DNA of 64,000 nucleotides, from positions 992,001-1,056,000 of the forward strand of contig BCGN01000003.1 in the NCBI GenBank assembly GCA_001599295.1, given 5' to 3'. A program made the translations under genes and the position numbers. Positions 22,676 through 34,927 of the stretch are shown piece by piece (positions within the stretch are counted from its first letter, which is position 1; every line of letters starts with the position of its first letter). The notes below the pieces were generated by a model. It saw nothing but the letters and a program-made list of their open reading frames with translations, ran no database searches and was not told the DNA's origin. The DNA is from Sporopachydermia quercuum. Taxonomy: Eukaryota.

Positions 22676-24047
22676 TGCTATTTCATTATAAGGTTACACT
22701 GGATAATTCTCAATTGGTTATTGTTTCAGTTTATTAACAGTTCTAGAAAAATTCTGCGATGAGTCCTTTATGAAGCACTATCAATAAGGAAGTATATTCT
22801 TATTGATCAATGGGGGACAGAGACTGCTGTAGTATTGATGTGTACAGGTCAACCGTATTTATATGTTTCTTTGCCGGTATAAATAGCTCAAACTAAGTCA
22901 AGAAAGTTACCAGCAATAAGCAAAGATGGAAATAATTGATCAACTAGTTGGATTGTTATCCTAAAGGTTGATGATAAGTAGGAAGATAGAAGTAATGAAG
23001 GATCAGAAGATGGATAGAGCGTTATTGTTTGTGATTGCTTTTCGATAAGGAAGTGAGGGACCCTTGAGCTTTTGTGAGTACATGTGAATCTAAAGAAATA
23101 AGGTTCGGAAGATGCATTACGGCGCAGGAAGATGCAGAGGAAGCAGAGAGACATTGTTTGGAAAAGGGATTGATTAGTTAGGCTATAACTGGGTTCGAAG
23201 GTTGGATATTAAAAGTGTTTATTATAGCTAATCAATGTTTCTAAATAAAATCTGGGGAGATATCAGAAGTCGGACCGCTAGGAAGGAAAAATAGGAAAGC
23301 AGAAATATAACAACATTATATCTCTCTTCACCCTCCCCTTTGGAAAAATTAAAGTTAGCAAATTTGCTTGAGATCATCTTATCCGTTTTAGGAAGCATCA
23401 TTTCCATCAATTCCGGATAATATTCAAGCTTCCTTCAAATAACGGAAAGGATGGTTTGAACAGGTTGAAATGTAATAAAAGTGAATGAAATACTGCATTT
23501 AGCAATAAATTGTTTCTAATATTGTTGGAAATAAATACATAACATTTTTGTATACAAAAAGTAATTATACTCTGTAGCGTGTTTCTTATTATCTACGTTA
23601 TTCATTTATGCTCTACTTCATCAAATGCGTGCGTGTCTCACTCTAATCTATGTTATACTACTTATAGGCTTCAAAGAATCACTTCCATCTTTGACGATGA
23701 GATAAATGATGTAGATAGATATTTATTCATGACAAAATGTTGGTATTCCACATTAGTGATGAACAAAACACCAAAGACATAAACAGTCTCTCATAAATGA
23801 GTAGAAATAAACCCATTTTCCATATACTCACTAACTTCATGCCTTATCGGTTAACCTATTGACCTTATAATCTCCAGCTATTACCACAATCTGTCATAAC
23901 ATAGTCATCGTTATACTCTCATTAATTTTCCCTGCATTCTCATAAAATAATACATACTCATAAGTAACCTCACAATGAGTCCTCTACAAGATAAATCTTA
24001 CACAATGAATTTCCATAATCTGTTATCATCAGATACTGAATCCTCAG

Positions 24048-27000
24048 CTAAAGATTCAATTGAGACAATAATTGACCTGCCAACGTTTTATACATCCAAG
24101 TATTACCTGTAACTTTCTTCAACTGGATACCATAAAGTCCTAACACTGGAATCTTTACAATATAAAGTTCAAACTTCACGGGTGTTTTGTGAAGAACAGG
24201 AAGGGTCTGAGCAGGTGAAGTAATAACACTAGCTCCACCAATGGATAGTTTTCTTTCGTGCCCGGATAATTGTTGTTGTTCAATTCTACTGGACACCAAC
24301 ATGTCTGACCCTCCGATACCTGTGACAAGTTCTGTGCTTTGATCAACATCAGAGTCTGTAGCATTTAATGATAAATGAGCGTCGTCACTTGTAGAACCTG
24401 AAACTGAACCATTATTAGTCTTCTTTCTGGATAGGAATAGTCCAGACCCAAGAGAGAATTTCCTTCTATGAGAGTTCGTTTTACCTGCTGGTGATAGTAA
24501 TTCAAAATTATCATCGTCGTCAGGATTCATACCTTTCTGAGGATTCAAAGGTGGTGTTGAAGGTGGCTGACCAGTGGGGGCTCCAGTAGTTGAATGAGAT
24601 GTTGTGTCAATACTAGGTACATGATAACAGACAAATCCACCTTTAACTTCTTTATAATGCACATTTAACCTATTCAATACCCTAATAATGTTACTTCGAA
24701 TAACTGGTAAAGGTTTAGTAGATGTATTCTGTACAGAGAAAAACCCTTTGAGATAAACCTGCTTAGGATATTCAATAGAAGGCATAGATCCAGGTACGAT
24801 TTGTTCTGAATCTGCAAATGTGTCTTCTGTCGCTTCGCCGGTGGTTTTTCTATGTGATAAAGCGTTATTATTATCGGTGCCGTTGGTATTATTAGTATAG
24901 TTATTATTATTTCCAAGATCAATCTCATCAAACCGTGAATCAGCGTCACCGTGGTCATTATTTGCCCTAATAAGACGGAACTCATCATTGTCTCTACTTT
25001 TGCCAGAACCTGCGGCACTCAAAGAAACCCCTTTATTATCATACGCATTGCTAACAGAGTCCTTCTTTTTAAAGTTCAGTGACTCTCTTCTTATATGACC
25101 AACAGACTTAGCTCTCACAGACGAATGGCCTTTACCGTTATTATATTTAGTATCCGTATCATCTCTAGGTGGTTTTTGAGCTGAAATGGAAACAGTACGG
25201 AAATGAAACTGATCATCATCTTTATAATCAGGTCTTTTCTTCATAGGTGTCTCAAACGAAGATTTCTGGTTGAGGCTTAGAACCTTTAAGTCGAGATCTG
25301 CTGGTTCATGATTGTTATTGTTGATAGCAGCAGTGGTTGATCCTGTATTGGTACTGGCAGTGTTCAAGCTGTCTGTAGCAGTTCCTCCCGAGGGTCCAGT
25401 ATTACTTGGCTGTTTTCTGATTTGAGGCTTGGCAGTAGCAAAATTAGGGGTAACTATATAATCGCTCAGATCTGGTACCGGTGGTGATTCGTCCTCAGGA
25501 ATGAACTGTCTGCGAGAGGTTTCATGAGCAGCTGGCGTAGGTGAATTAGGATCTGCAAAAGGACTTTGACCAGAGGAGGAAACAGCTCCCGAGAAGGAAT
25601 GGAAATGTGTTCTTGATCTGTGACCGCTCTTCTTTTTCGAACTGAGTTTTCTTAAAAGATTAAAAGCAAATCCAGTCGAGGGTGCACTATTAGATGTGGG
25701 ATTTTCTTGAATCACGATTTGAGGAGACAGAGGCTGTTGTGGCTGTTGCATGGCATCTGTAGGTAGTTCTATTTGGATATGAGGTGACTCAACTACTGGC
25801 TGGGATTGGGGTTGTGCCTGAGGTTGCGACTGAACTTGAGATATGTTTCTAGGAGTTCCTGGTTGATATGGTTCTGGAGACCTACCAGATGTGTTTGATG
25901 ATGAGGTTTCACCGGCTCCAGCTCCTTTAGCTGGGACGTATCCTTGTTGATATGAAGGATCTAAAGTAGGAGTTCTTCTAGTAGGAGTTGGAAGTGAAGA
26001 GGGGCCAGATTTAGTGTGAACTGCTTGAGGAAACGGTATCTCTGCAGGTTCTGTAGGAAGCACTTGAATTTGTTGAGGTTGCTGCAGTTGCTGTTGTTGA
26101 CGAGGAAGAGTCTGAGGATACTGTATTGCAGAGGGTTGAGACTTACTTGATGGATTGCTATCATTAACATCTTTTCTTGAATCTGTTGCAGATTTGGTTC
26201 TACGAAGAGCCAATCTACTACGCTTTTCCATCACCAAATAGTAAATAGATACTAATGGATGAAACCCTTGCGTGGGATCCCGGTCCAAGGGAGGCAACAA
26301 ATCAGCTGCAGAAGCTGATTCAGAGGCTTTTCTTCTCCGATGGATTTCCAGTCCATAAGTTCTAAATGACTGAGGTTCAACAGTTGTTTCTAGCTGCTTC
26401 TGACGAGCATACCATTCTCTAGAAGCAGTCAAATACGTGTCTGATTGAATTATATTTGATAATAAATGCTCGATTTGATCTTCGGTACCGAAATCAAACC
26501 CTGACATGCCTTTGATCACAGACCTATCTAATGGTAGTGATAATGGAACTCTCGGTGGAACAAATGATGCTGGAGGTCCATCATAACCTTTTGTCATCCA
26601 AGGATGGGAGAGAATATCAAACATTCGAGCTCTTTGTTTAGGATGAACAACAAGCATTCTTGATAGTAAATCCTGACACTCAGGGCTCAAATAACTTGGA
26701 TATTCAACTTTGCCTTCCTTGATTTTAGCATGTAGCGCTGGAACTACTTTGTCGTCAAATGGAACTTGTCCGCATACTAGAACGTATATCACAACAGCAA
26801 AACTCCATATGTCAACTTCAGGTCCAATATATGGATTAGCTGATAGTAACTCTGGAGCGGCAAAGTAAAGAGATCCACAGAATGTTTTCAATAGTGATGT
26901 AGGTGCATATAAATTAGAAAGGCCGAAATCAATCAACTTGATATCACCGGTGTCTGTAATTAAGATGTTCTCGATTTTCAAATCCCGATGAACAATAGAG

Positions 27001-27521
27001 TTCTTATGAAGATAATCCAACGCGCTTGCAATACTCCTAGCAAATTTCCTCGCTTGTTTTTCCTTTAATTTCCCATGAGATGTGATATAATCAAGTAACT
27101 GACCTCCAGAAACATAGTCAAACAGCATATAGAAATGATTAGTCATTGATGCCATATCAATGAATTCACATATATAAGGATGTCTAATTAGAGAGCCAAT
27201 GGCTGCTTCACGAAGAGTTCTTCTATCTCTTGATTCTTCCTTTTCAAGTTCCTTTTGACGTTTTTCCATTTCTGTTTGAGACTCAGGCATTGATGGATGA
27301 GAATGAAGATAGGCGTGAACTGCCTTTGGGACGATTTTAATGGCACAATAAGCACCTGATTTTCGATTCCTAGCAAGCTTCACTTTCCCCATTGATCCTG
27401 CGCCAACCGTTTTAACAAAATCCCAATCGCCAATCGATTGACGGTGGAAACCTGTTCTCTCTGGTTTACTTACATGTTTGGCGTCATTCTCTTGACGTAC
27501 ATTAGGACTTGTTGTGCTCAT
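24048..27521 (-). CDS. KIN1: Kin1/Kin2 (Par-1/MARK) Ser/Thr kinase with C-terminal KA1 domain
   Basis: FHRQSIGDWDFVKTVGAGSMGKVK, HRDLKIEN, DFG, TFCGSLYFAAPE, FHPLVSIYYLV, YLKGFFSVQNTSTKP and a KA1 tail. Confidence 0.95.
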   Translation of the reverse strand: MSTTSPNVRQENDAKHVSKPERTGFHRQSIGDWDFVKTVGAGSMGKVKLARNRKSGAYCAIKIVPKAVHAYLHSHPSMPESQTEMEKRQKELEKEESRDRRTLREAAIGSLIRHPYICEFIDMASMTNHFYMLFDYVSGGQLLDYITSHGKLKEKQARKFARSIASALDYLHKNSIVHRDLKIENILITDTGDIKLIDFGLSNLYAPTSLLKTFCGSLYFAAPELLSANPYIGPEVDIWSFAVVIYVLVCGQVPFDDKVVPALHAKIKEGKVEYPSYLSPECQDLLSRMLVVHPKQRARMFDILSHPWMTKGYDGPPASFVPPRVPLSLPLDRSVIKGMSGFDFGTEDQIEHLLSNIIQSDTYLTASREWYARQKQLETTVEPQSFRTYGLEIHRRRKASESASAADLLPPLDRDPTQGFHPLVSIYYLVMEKRSRLALRRTKSATDSRKDVNDSNPSSKSQPSAIQYPQTLPRQQQQLQQPQQIQVLPTEPAEIPFPQAVHTKSGPSSLPTPTRRTPTLDPSYQQGYVPAKGAGAGETSSSNTSGRSPEPYQPGTPRNISQVQSQPQAQPQSQPVVESPHIQIELPTDAMQQPQQPLSPQIVIQENPTSNSAPSTGFAFNLLRKLSSKKKSGHRSRTHFHSFSGAVSSSGQSPFADPNSPTPAAHETSRRQFIPEDESPPVPDLSDYIVTPNFATAKPQIRKQPSNTGPSGGTATDSLNTASTNTGSTTAAINNNNHEPADLDLKVLSLNQKSSFETPMKKRPDYKDDDQFHFRTVSISAQKPPRDDTDTKYNNGKGHSSVRAKSVGHIRRESLNFKKKDSVSNAYDNKGVSLSAAGSGKSRDNDEFRLIRANNDHGDADSRFDEIDLGNNNNYTNNTNGTDNNNALSHRKTTGEATEDTFADSEQIVPGSMPSIEYPKQVYLKGFFSVQNTSTKPLPVIRSNIIRVLNRLNVHYKEVKGGFVCYHVPSIDTTSHSTTGAPTGQPPSTPPLNPQKGMNPDDDDNFELLSPAGKTNSHRRKFSLGSGLFLSRKKTNNGSVSGSTSDDAHLSLNATDSDVDQSTELVTGIGGSDMLVSSRIEQQQLSGHERKLSIGGASVITSPAQTLPVLHKTPVKFELYIVKIPVLGLYGIQLKKVTGNTWMYKTLAGQLLSQLNL

Positions 27522-30500
27522 GGTGTAATATAGCTGTGATAGTAATTAAGTAAAGAAGAAGGAGAATACTGTGCGTGCGTATGCAGATCTCAGAGTAGAA
27601 GAACAGTATGCAAAAGCTATCGATGAGAGTTCTCTTCATAGAATACGAGATACAATTATAATCATTCAAATGCACATTTAAACTATTACAGCTGAAGATA
27701 CTCTTAAGGTCTAATAAATGATTGCTCGCAATCTGCAATCTGTTGATAATTAGACGTAGAGACAAATATCAGTTATCTACACCCACATATACATAACAGT
27801 GTCCGCTTGCGGTATCATAAAAAGATACAACTGCTGCTGTTTGTAACTGGGATAGTTATTATTGTAATAGAAACTAGAGGTTCAAGTTAATAATTCCAAC
27901 TATCAATTTGATCTCTAGACTATTTCTAAACTGTTTAATAGAAGGATTAAATGATTGATCTGATGATAAGAAATAGAGATGTGCAAATGAGATAGTGATG
28001 TATGAACGGTGATGGAAGCAAACATGTCTGAAGGCTAATTTGTAATAGTGGATTGGTACAATTTTGGTGGAGGACAAGGATTAAAAGATTATGTAATCTT
28101 AGCTCCAGTTAAGATGAGCAGAACAGTGCGTGGGTTGTGCATGAAGATTGTGGGGAAGAATTGGAGAAGATAATAGGAATCATAGAGAAAGGAAAAGATG
28201 TAGAAATTGTATATAGCTAGTGGAATTTGGAAGCGGAAACTGCGAGTTTATGAAGGGTGGTTTGGTGTCACAGGTCAAGTAAGCCGCGATATTGGTCAGT
28301 GAGTATGTTGATTTATCAGTCTGGGGTTCTTTGACAGGAGATCTAAGGTTGTCTTTGCATCTCCCAGGGTTCTGTAAAGTAGTAATTAGATGAAGAAAAA
28401 CTGATAATTAGATATTAATATTAAAAACATTTCATTTATCTGGAGACTTTCAACAGCCGATATATAATAACTTGTGAGCTGAAAAGTACTACCTTGGATC
28501 ATTGTTTCCCAAGCAAACCCGATGACCGATAAGCTAAGGCGTCTCTGGATAACTAGAAGGGCATTGAAACCGGAAACGATGTGATATTTAGACTTTAGTG
28601 TTCTCCAAAATATGAAACATGAAACATGCGCCACATGACGCGAGCTTTTATGTTATCGCTGGTAGAACAACTGAAATCAAATGACAGAAAAGTATCAGTC
28701 AGAAGTCAAAAGGGTGTTAATAATGAAATTCAATTGAGTCATCAATTGATAATTATTCACTGATTTGCATGATATAGATTTGGACTTCCTAGATCAATAA
28801 GTAGATAAGATTTGAAAGATATTATTATCTCCGGCTTGAAATAAATAGAATTATGCAAGCTCATGCATAGATCTGTAAGGTACTGAACAACTTTAGTTAT
28901 TGAACAACTGTTGGCCACGAGCAATAATTTCCCCAAATAATGAAAGAATGAAAGAATAGCATAATTTGTCTACGCATTATAATCTGGAATTTGAATTACT
29001 ATCATCAGGAATACTAGGATTTTCAAATTGAAGTTGAATCGGTTCTTCAAGACAACTACTCGTTCATTTGCCTACAAGTAACACTCGTTAAATTTATTGA
29101 TGAGACAAAAAGGATGACAAATCAAAGCCTAAGTAGCAATGATTAGCATCACTACTATTGAAACCGTCCCCCATTTGATCTCTGTCTGCCCAGAGACTAT
29201 TTTTGATTGTTATATAACATATAAATGCATGAGGAAGAATACTCGTGACTATCGTCATATCATCTTTCATCAAACAACGGATCTCTCACAGATCACTTAT
29301 CTCATCGTCATGTTGAACTTTCCAACCAAGGCATGACCTTTCCTTATTCAAAGTATGAATAAAATTTTTTCCTTATTCGTTCAAAAAGGATAAACTTTTA
29401 TTTATACTTATTTTTCCAATTACCAATACGAAGGTATCAAATCAAAATCTAGGGAGATATTGTTCTCTGATATAAGTATGATATATTTTCAATTCAGCCG
29501 TTTCTTCCGATCGTTATCTACTCAAAGAAGAAAGCATGACATGACTAAACTGGAAATTGTGAATCACGACCGCCATTGTGCATATTCTAACATGATTTTA
29601 TACTATAAAGTGAGGCATGATAATGCTGATTGCTTCATTGTTGCGTTGCATTACCTTATCTTTGATGAAACAAATCATCTTCAGTGATGAATATTACACA
29701 CAGCGTATTATACAGTCTTGAAGATTTTTCCTCGTAGAACGAGCCAGTCTATCAGTTGAGGAGTACTAATGAACGAAGGGCAGGAATTTAGTATGAAATT
29801 GGTAGCAAAAAGGGAGTTCAGAACACTTTCTTTACTTGACAAAAACTTTTTCTTAATACAATGATCAAGAAGCTGAATATTGATCTCAAAAGGAATTTAG
29901 TAGTGTACATTCATCATATTTCTCTGACTTTTATCAAATCGTTTCCCTGTTCGCATGACCCACTACAACAGCACTTTACCTTCCTCCTCCCCCACCCCGA
30001 CTCACTCTTGTCCCCCACTCTTGGTACCAAACCCCTCCAGACCCCGTGCCACCGCCAATTTTTCTACCTTCTTGACAATCTGGTGAAGATAAATTTCATA
30101 GCGTAGTCTAATTATCAATAACAATACAGCAGCGACAACGATTCTTTTTTCTCTCCTGTTCAGTTTCCTTATATTTCAAACATAAGGAAATCTTAACTTT
30201 TTATTCAGAAAAACGGTTATTCCAGTTGAAACATACTGCATAAAGAAAACACTAAGTTTTCATAATACATTTGATTTTACTTGAGCTTTACTGCTTTTGT
30301 TTCATTACCTCCCAACTCCTGAAACAAAGTATTTGCTCCTGTCTCCAGTGTTATTTGTATTCTCTTATAATCCGTAAAATAAGAGAGAAATTACTTCTTG
30401 TTGTTGTTGTTGTTTTCTTCATATACGACATTACGGAGCAAATTTTACTCAAATTAATATACTTGACAATACAAACAACATATCAAGGACCAAATCAACA

Positions 30501-30552
30501 ATTCCCTGATCAAGGTCACTCATTCACTCTTACACGTCGCATACATTTCTTC

Positions 30553-31488
30553 ATGAGCTCGTCATCAAACGGAGAATCAAGAAGGCGATCAACTATTGTT
30601 GCAGCAGATCAAGCGCCTTCAGGAGCTGCCACACCTTTGACCACCTCAGCTTGTGGTATACTTTCTTCTACCACTGATGGCTCCTCATCTACACTGTCAA
30701 GAAGCCCTCCAGAGTATTCAATCAGACTAACACCTTATATCGATCATGATTCTTCGACTCCTGCTCTCTATTTCACATCCATAGAGAGAAAATGCAAGCC
30801 AGGTGCACATATCAAAGTTGGTAGACATAATGATAAAAACCTACCGCCAGATACTCCTCTAGAACAAATGCCAATCACATTTAAATCAAAAGTCGTTTCA
30901 AGAGTTCATGCTGAGCTCTTCGTCAACGAAAGTGGATCTTGGTTTATTACTGATACCAAGTCATCATCTGGTACTTTTTTGAACTATACAAGGCTATCAC
31001 CAGCTGGAGAAACATCAGATCCTCATTTACTAAGAGATGGTGATCTATTACAGCTGGGAATGGATTTCCGTGGGGGAACGGAAGATATTTATAGATGCGT
31101 CAGAATGAGAGTTGAAATTAATCGCTCATGGCAAAGAAAAGTTAATAAGTTCAACGTTTCAGCATTGAAAAAACTAAGAAAGATTACAACTAAACCTATT
31201 GAGGAATGTACTATTTGCTTACTTGATATTACACCATGTCAGCCTCTATTTGTTGCTCCATGTTCACATTTATGGCACTACAAATGTGTAAGACCTTTAA
31301 TAATTCGATCCTATCCTCAATTTCTATGTCCTAATTGTAGAGCAATGTGTGATCTGGAAGCAGATATTGAAGAAGTTGATCATGATATCATTTTCTCAGA
31401 GGAGGAACTGCAAACTAGTGATAGGAATAATAAAATGACTGTGAATGAAGCTGTGATGTCTTTAGATGAGCTGGGTACTTCATTATAA
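30553..31488 (+). CDS. DMA2: FHA-RING E3 ubiquitin ligase Dma1/Dma2
   Basis: FHA domain (VGR, FKSKVVSRVHA, SSSGTFLN, LQLGMDFRGG) plus RING (CTICL...CSHLWHYKC...CPNCR). First ATG at 30553. Named DMA2 because its neighbour is the YNL115C-like gene. Confidence 0.93.
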   Translation: MSSSSNGESRRRSTIVAADQAPSGAATPLTTSACGILSSTTDGSSSTLSRSPPEYSIRLTPYIDHDSSTPALYFTSIERKCKPGAHIKVGRHNDKNLPPDTPLEQMPITFKSKVVSRVHAELFVNESGSWFITDTKSSSGTFLNYTRLSPAGETSDPHLLRDGDLLQLGMDFRGGTEDIYRCVRMRVEINRSWQRKVNKFNVSALKKLRKITTKPIEECTICLLDITPCQPLFVAPCSHLWHYKCVRPLIIRSYPQFLCPNCRAMCDLEADIEEVDHDIIFSEEELQTSDRNNKMTVNEAVMSLDELGTSL

Positions 31489-31714
31489 TAGGATGAAATT
31501 GAATATGGTGTTATGAAATGAATTAAACAATTGCATGAGGTCTACTTTTGGTTTAGTAGTTAATAAAATATAACTCAAAGTGCTCGTAATACGTCAATAC
31601 GTTACTATTAGTGAAATTATTATTACCACTACTTTTACTATTTTTACTGACTATTTAGCTTACGGCCTTGTTAATAATTAAATATTTACCCACTTTCGCG
31701 CTCAACTGCAATAT

Positions 31715-33457
31715 TTAACCAAACAAAAGCTCATCCAAAACATCTTGAAGATCATGTAAACCCGAAGCAGAATCCCACACATTATGAGGAGCTTTGCTTA
31801 CCAACCATCTTACGCAGGAAGAACTCTGAGCTATGCTTCTTTGCCATGCTCCCCATACTTTGCTATAATCAATCATATTACCACTAGACACAACAGCACT
31901 AGGAATTCGGGCTATAGCTGTGTCAGCTACTTGATTCTCACTGTATGACACACCAGAACTAAGCTGTTCTTGAAGGCGATAATAATGATACGAAGCACTT
32001 GATGACCATCCTTTTCCCCAGGTTCTATCTTCAGCGCCCCATCCCCAAATAATCCAACTAATGAATCTTAGTCGTTCCAGGCCAAGAGTACTGAACAATC
32101 CTAGAACCCATTGGCGGAGACCTTCGCCAGCAGTTAAAGCCCTCACGGGAAATTTTCTATTGGCGTGAGGTATTTTATCTCCTGTTCTACTGGTAGCNGT
32201 AACAATTCCTGTTAGAAGATCAGCATGGTAAGGGTCAACAAACATAATTGATTTCGTAATATCAGGATACATTGAAGCAAACACTTTAGCATATAGGCCA
32301 CCAAGTCCATGGCCAATAAGAATAAATTCACGATCTCTTGATGGTGTTGCTGCTTCTGATGATGATGATGATGATAAGCTATTATCGAAATCAGCTGTAT
32401 TAGTAGTACCAGTAGAACCAATTATGTTGACATTATCATCAAACGTATCTTCGTTTTCACTAGTACTTTTCCCCGTAGAATTATGAAAAGCTCCAGTATC
32501 ATCTAACGCCTTGTATAAATACTCAGCAGCAGAACTCATAGGAAAAGGAGAAGGTGCTGTTTGAGAAAAAGCCACTCCAGGTAAATCCCATATACAATAA
32601 CCAGGAATTTTAGCATTATGGTATAAATCTTCAACCCACGAAGCAAACTCTTCATTGGACGTTTCACCAGCAAATAGTAGTAATGTCACATTTGAATCTT
32701 CCAATCCCTGGCAGCTAATATGAAAGTCAAATGGGGTATCATTCTTCTTTAATGTAACAAGAGAACCCCATGGTTTCAATGTAGAATCGTATAGATCCAC
32801 AAATGTGTTCCAAGTGATTAAACCTATGAGAGCAGCTATAAGGGCTCTGAAAGTCATTCGCAATGATAGTTGGCCCCACTCAGCACAGGTCCTTCTTGGT
32901 TCAGGACGACCTGTCAAACGAATTTCCTCCTCTGTTTTCGCTTCGTCCACAATGTAATCAGCCAAAGCACTGTAAGCGGTAGCAAAGCAAGTGATACCTA
33001 AGGCAATTGCTAATTGAGCAGATCTCAATTGGTGCCTTGAAACGATTATGATGAAATCAAGAACTAGTAATGCTAGTGCTATGAAAGTTAATCCTCTTTC
33101 AACTTGAGATGGCACGTCAAAGAACATTGCTGACACTGTGAAAGTGATCAGAGTTAATGAGACGTACAGTAAAGTGGAGAATGGTGATGTAGACGAGTGA
33201 AGGAAAGGAATAGAGATAAACGTAGAAAGGAAAACTCCTAACCAATAAATAATTGAAAGAGCAATGAAAATCGAGTTGAGAGTTCTGAGAATCCGAACTG
33301 AAAGCCTGTTGAAAGGTGTAACAGCAGGATCATCAGGAGATAGCAATGGCATTCGCTCTGATGCTTGTCTTTGCCTATTGTAAGACTGTTGAGAAGCACT
33401 TTGCGGAGCTTGAGGAGCTCTGCTGTTAGTGTTGGCTTCAGCTTCAATGTCAGACAT
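31715..33457 (-). CDS. Multi-pass membrane protein with C-terminal alpha/beta-hydrolase-like domain (YNL115C-like)
   Basis: ERMPLL, LSPDDPAVTPFN, about 5 hydrophobic segments, EEEIRLTGRPE, YCIWDLPG and LIGHGLGGLY. Convergent with DMA2, like YNL116W-YNL115C. Confidence 0.82.
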   Translation of the reverse strand: MSDIEAEANTNSRAPQAPQSASQQSYNRQRQASERMPLLSPDDPAVTPFNRLSVRILRTLNSIFIALSIIYWLGVFLSTFISIPFLHSSTSPFSTLLYVSLTLITFTVSAMFFDVPSQVERGLTFIALALLVLDFIIIVSRHQLRSAQLAIALGITCFATAYSALADYIVDEAKTEEEIRLTGRPEPRRTCAEWGQLSLRMTFRALIAALIGLITWNTFVDLYDSTLKPWGSLVTLKKNDTPFDFHISCQGLEDSNVTLLLFAGETSNEEFASWVEDLYHNAKIPGYCIWDLPGVAFSQTAPSPFPMSSAAEYLYKALDDTGAFHNSTGKSTSENEDTFDDNVNIIGSTGTTNTADFDNSLSSSSSSEAATPSRDREFILIGHGLGGLYAKVFASMYPDITKSIMFVDPYHADLLTGIVXATSRTGDKIPHANRKFPVRALTAGEGLRQWVLGLFSTLGLERLRFISWIIWGWGAEDRTWGKGWSSSASYHYYRLQEQLSSGVSYSENQVADTAIARIPSAVVSSGNMIDYSKVWGAWQRSIAQSSSCVRWLVSKAPHNVWDSASGLHDLQDVLDELLFG

Positions 33458-34927
33458 TGTAAAGGATTATTGTTTTAGCTGAATTTTAACTGTTTATTGC
33501 TTTATTAATTTTGTTCCTTGTAGATGAGAAGTTGATCAATGATTGTGTCTGATTGATAAGCACTATTTATGGATACAGTGAAGTTTAATAGTGGTCTAGA
33601 GAAAACCTGTAAATACATATAAAACCTGTGCAGAAGAAACAATTGAATTAAAGCCATAAACTCCTTCATTATATGTTTTCAAATTTATAGCATTTTTAAA
33701 ATACTTCTTAAGAATTTAAGAAAAAACAGGGGAACATGTATGAGAAAATAATGACGTAAATATATAGTAAGTAGATAAGCCAGTTTGAAAGATGATGTTA
33801 TGTATGTATAAGGCAATGAAGGTTAACTGTTTCAGTATTAGGCCTAAGATTATGAAATGAAAGTAACATTAAATTACTTTCTTCCGAGGAATCTTGATCT
33901 AGATTTGATATTCCAGTATATTTAATTCTTTGATATAAAAGCTGGATTTTAAATCGAAGATAGGAGAAAGGTAGAGAATTTGGGGTAAAAACGTGTATGA
34001 ATAGTGTCAATAAGGTTTACATGTTTATGCGATGACCGGTGTTCATGCATAAAGAAGAATATAGATGCATATACATGTGACATTGTGGGGACTGGCATGA
34101 AGAGATAGCAAGACAAGCAAGAAAAAGAGAAGAGGTCTAAACATTGAATAATATTTCACACTTTTGGATTTATAATAAAGATAATTTATTAGTTTCATTA
34201 CAATAAATTTAAAAACCGCCGCCAGTGTTGTTTGTTCTACAATTAATGTGTTATATTCCGTAAGTTAAGTTCGCTGCCAGTGATACAATGCACTAAACTT
34301 CGTTCCTTATTTGATGACATAATTAAAAATAACCATCCCATTCGCCTATAGGAGAGAATGGACAAGTTCTACTTGATATAACAAATCCTTATGTATTCTA
34401 TTCGGCAAGCAGTCAGTCAGCTTTTAGATATCTTCTAATATAAAAAAACCTCTTAAAAATTGTCCCATAATTCAATTGAATGAATGTTCCTCTTTCGATT
34501 TGACATTAGTCCCAAAACTCCTCTCCTACCTTCTTCATCTTCACCCTCCCCCTCACATAATTTATGATTATGTATACAACCAAATACTGCTTCCATTTTA
34601 CAAAAATGATGAAAAAGGAACAGAGCTCAACAATGGAAACAACCTTTTCAGCAATAAAAGAATGAATGGTTAGAAATATTTGCAAAAAGTCGCAATTCTG
34701 ACAACAAAGAACACACAGCAACGTTTTGACACCTTCCAATTGGATATTCTTACCTCACAAGTCAGTTTAGCACATATTTTGGGCTCTATCACATCCCAGG
34801 AGCAGCACGTCCACACGGTGCCTAGAGTACGGTACACTAAAACAAAAAATACATACCTTTTATATTAATCCTGATTGAAGATCAGCAGTTGATTGATTAA
34901 ACTTTGGGAAACATATCTGGAGGAAAT

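Noticed and set aside
27522..30552. 3-kb gap between KIN1 and DMA2 as a site for a hidden gene, LTR or ncRNA
   Set aside because: Only short motif-free ORFs, with no TG...CA LTR, terminal repeats or recognisable RNA. Consistent with divergent promoters and long leaders.
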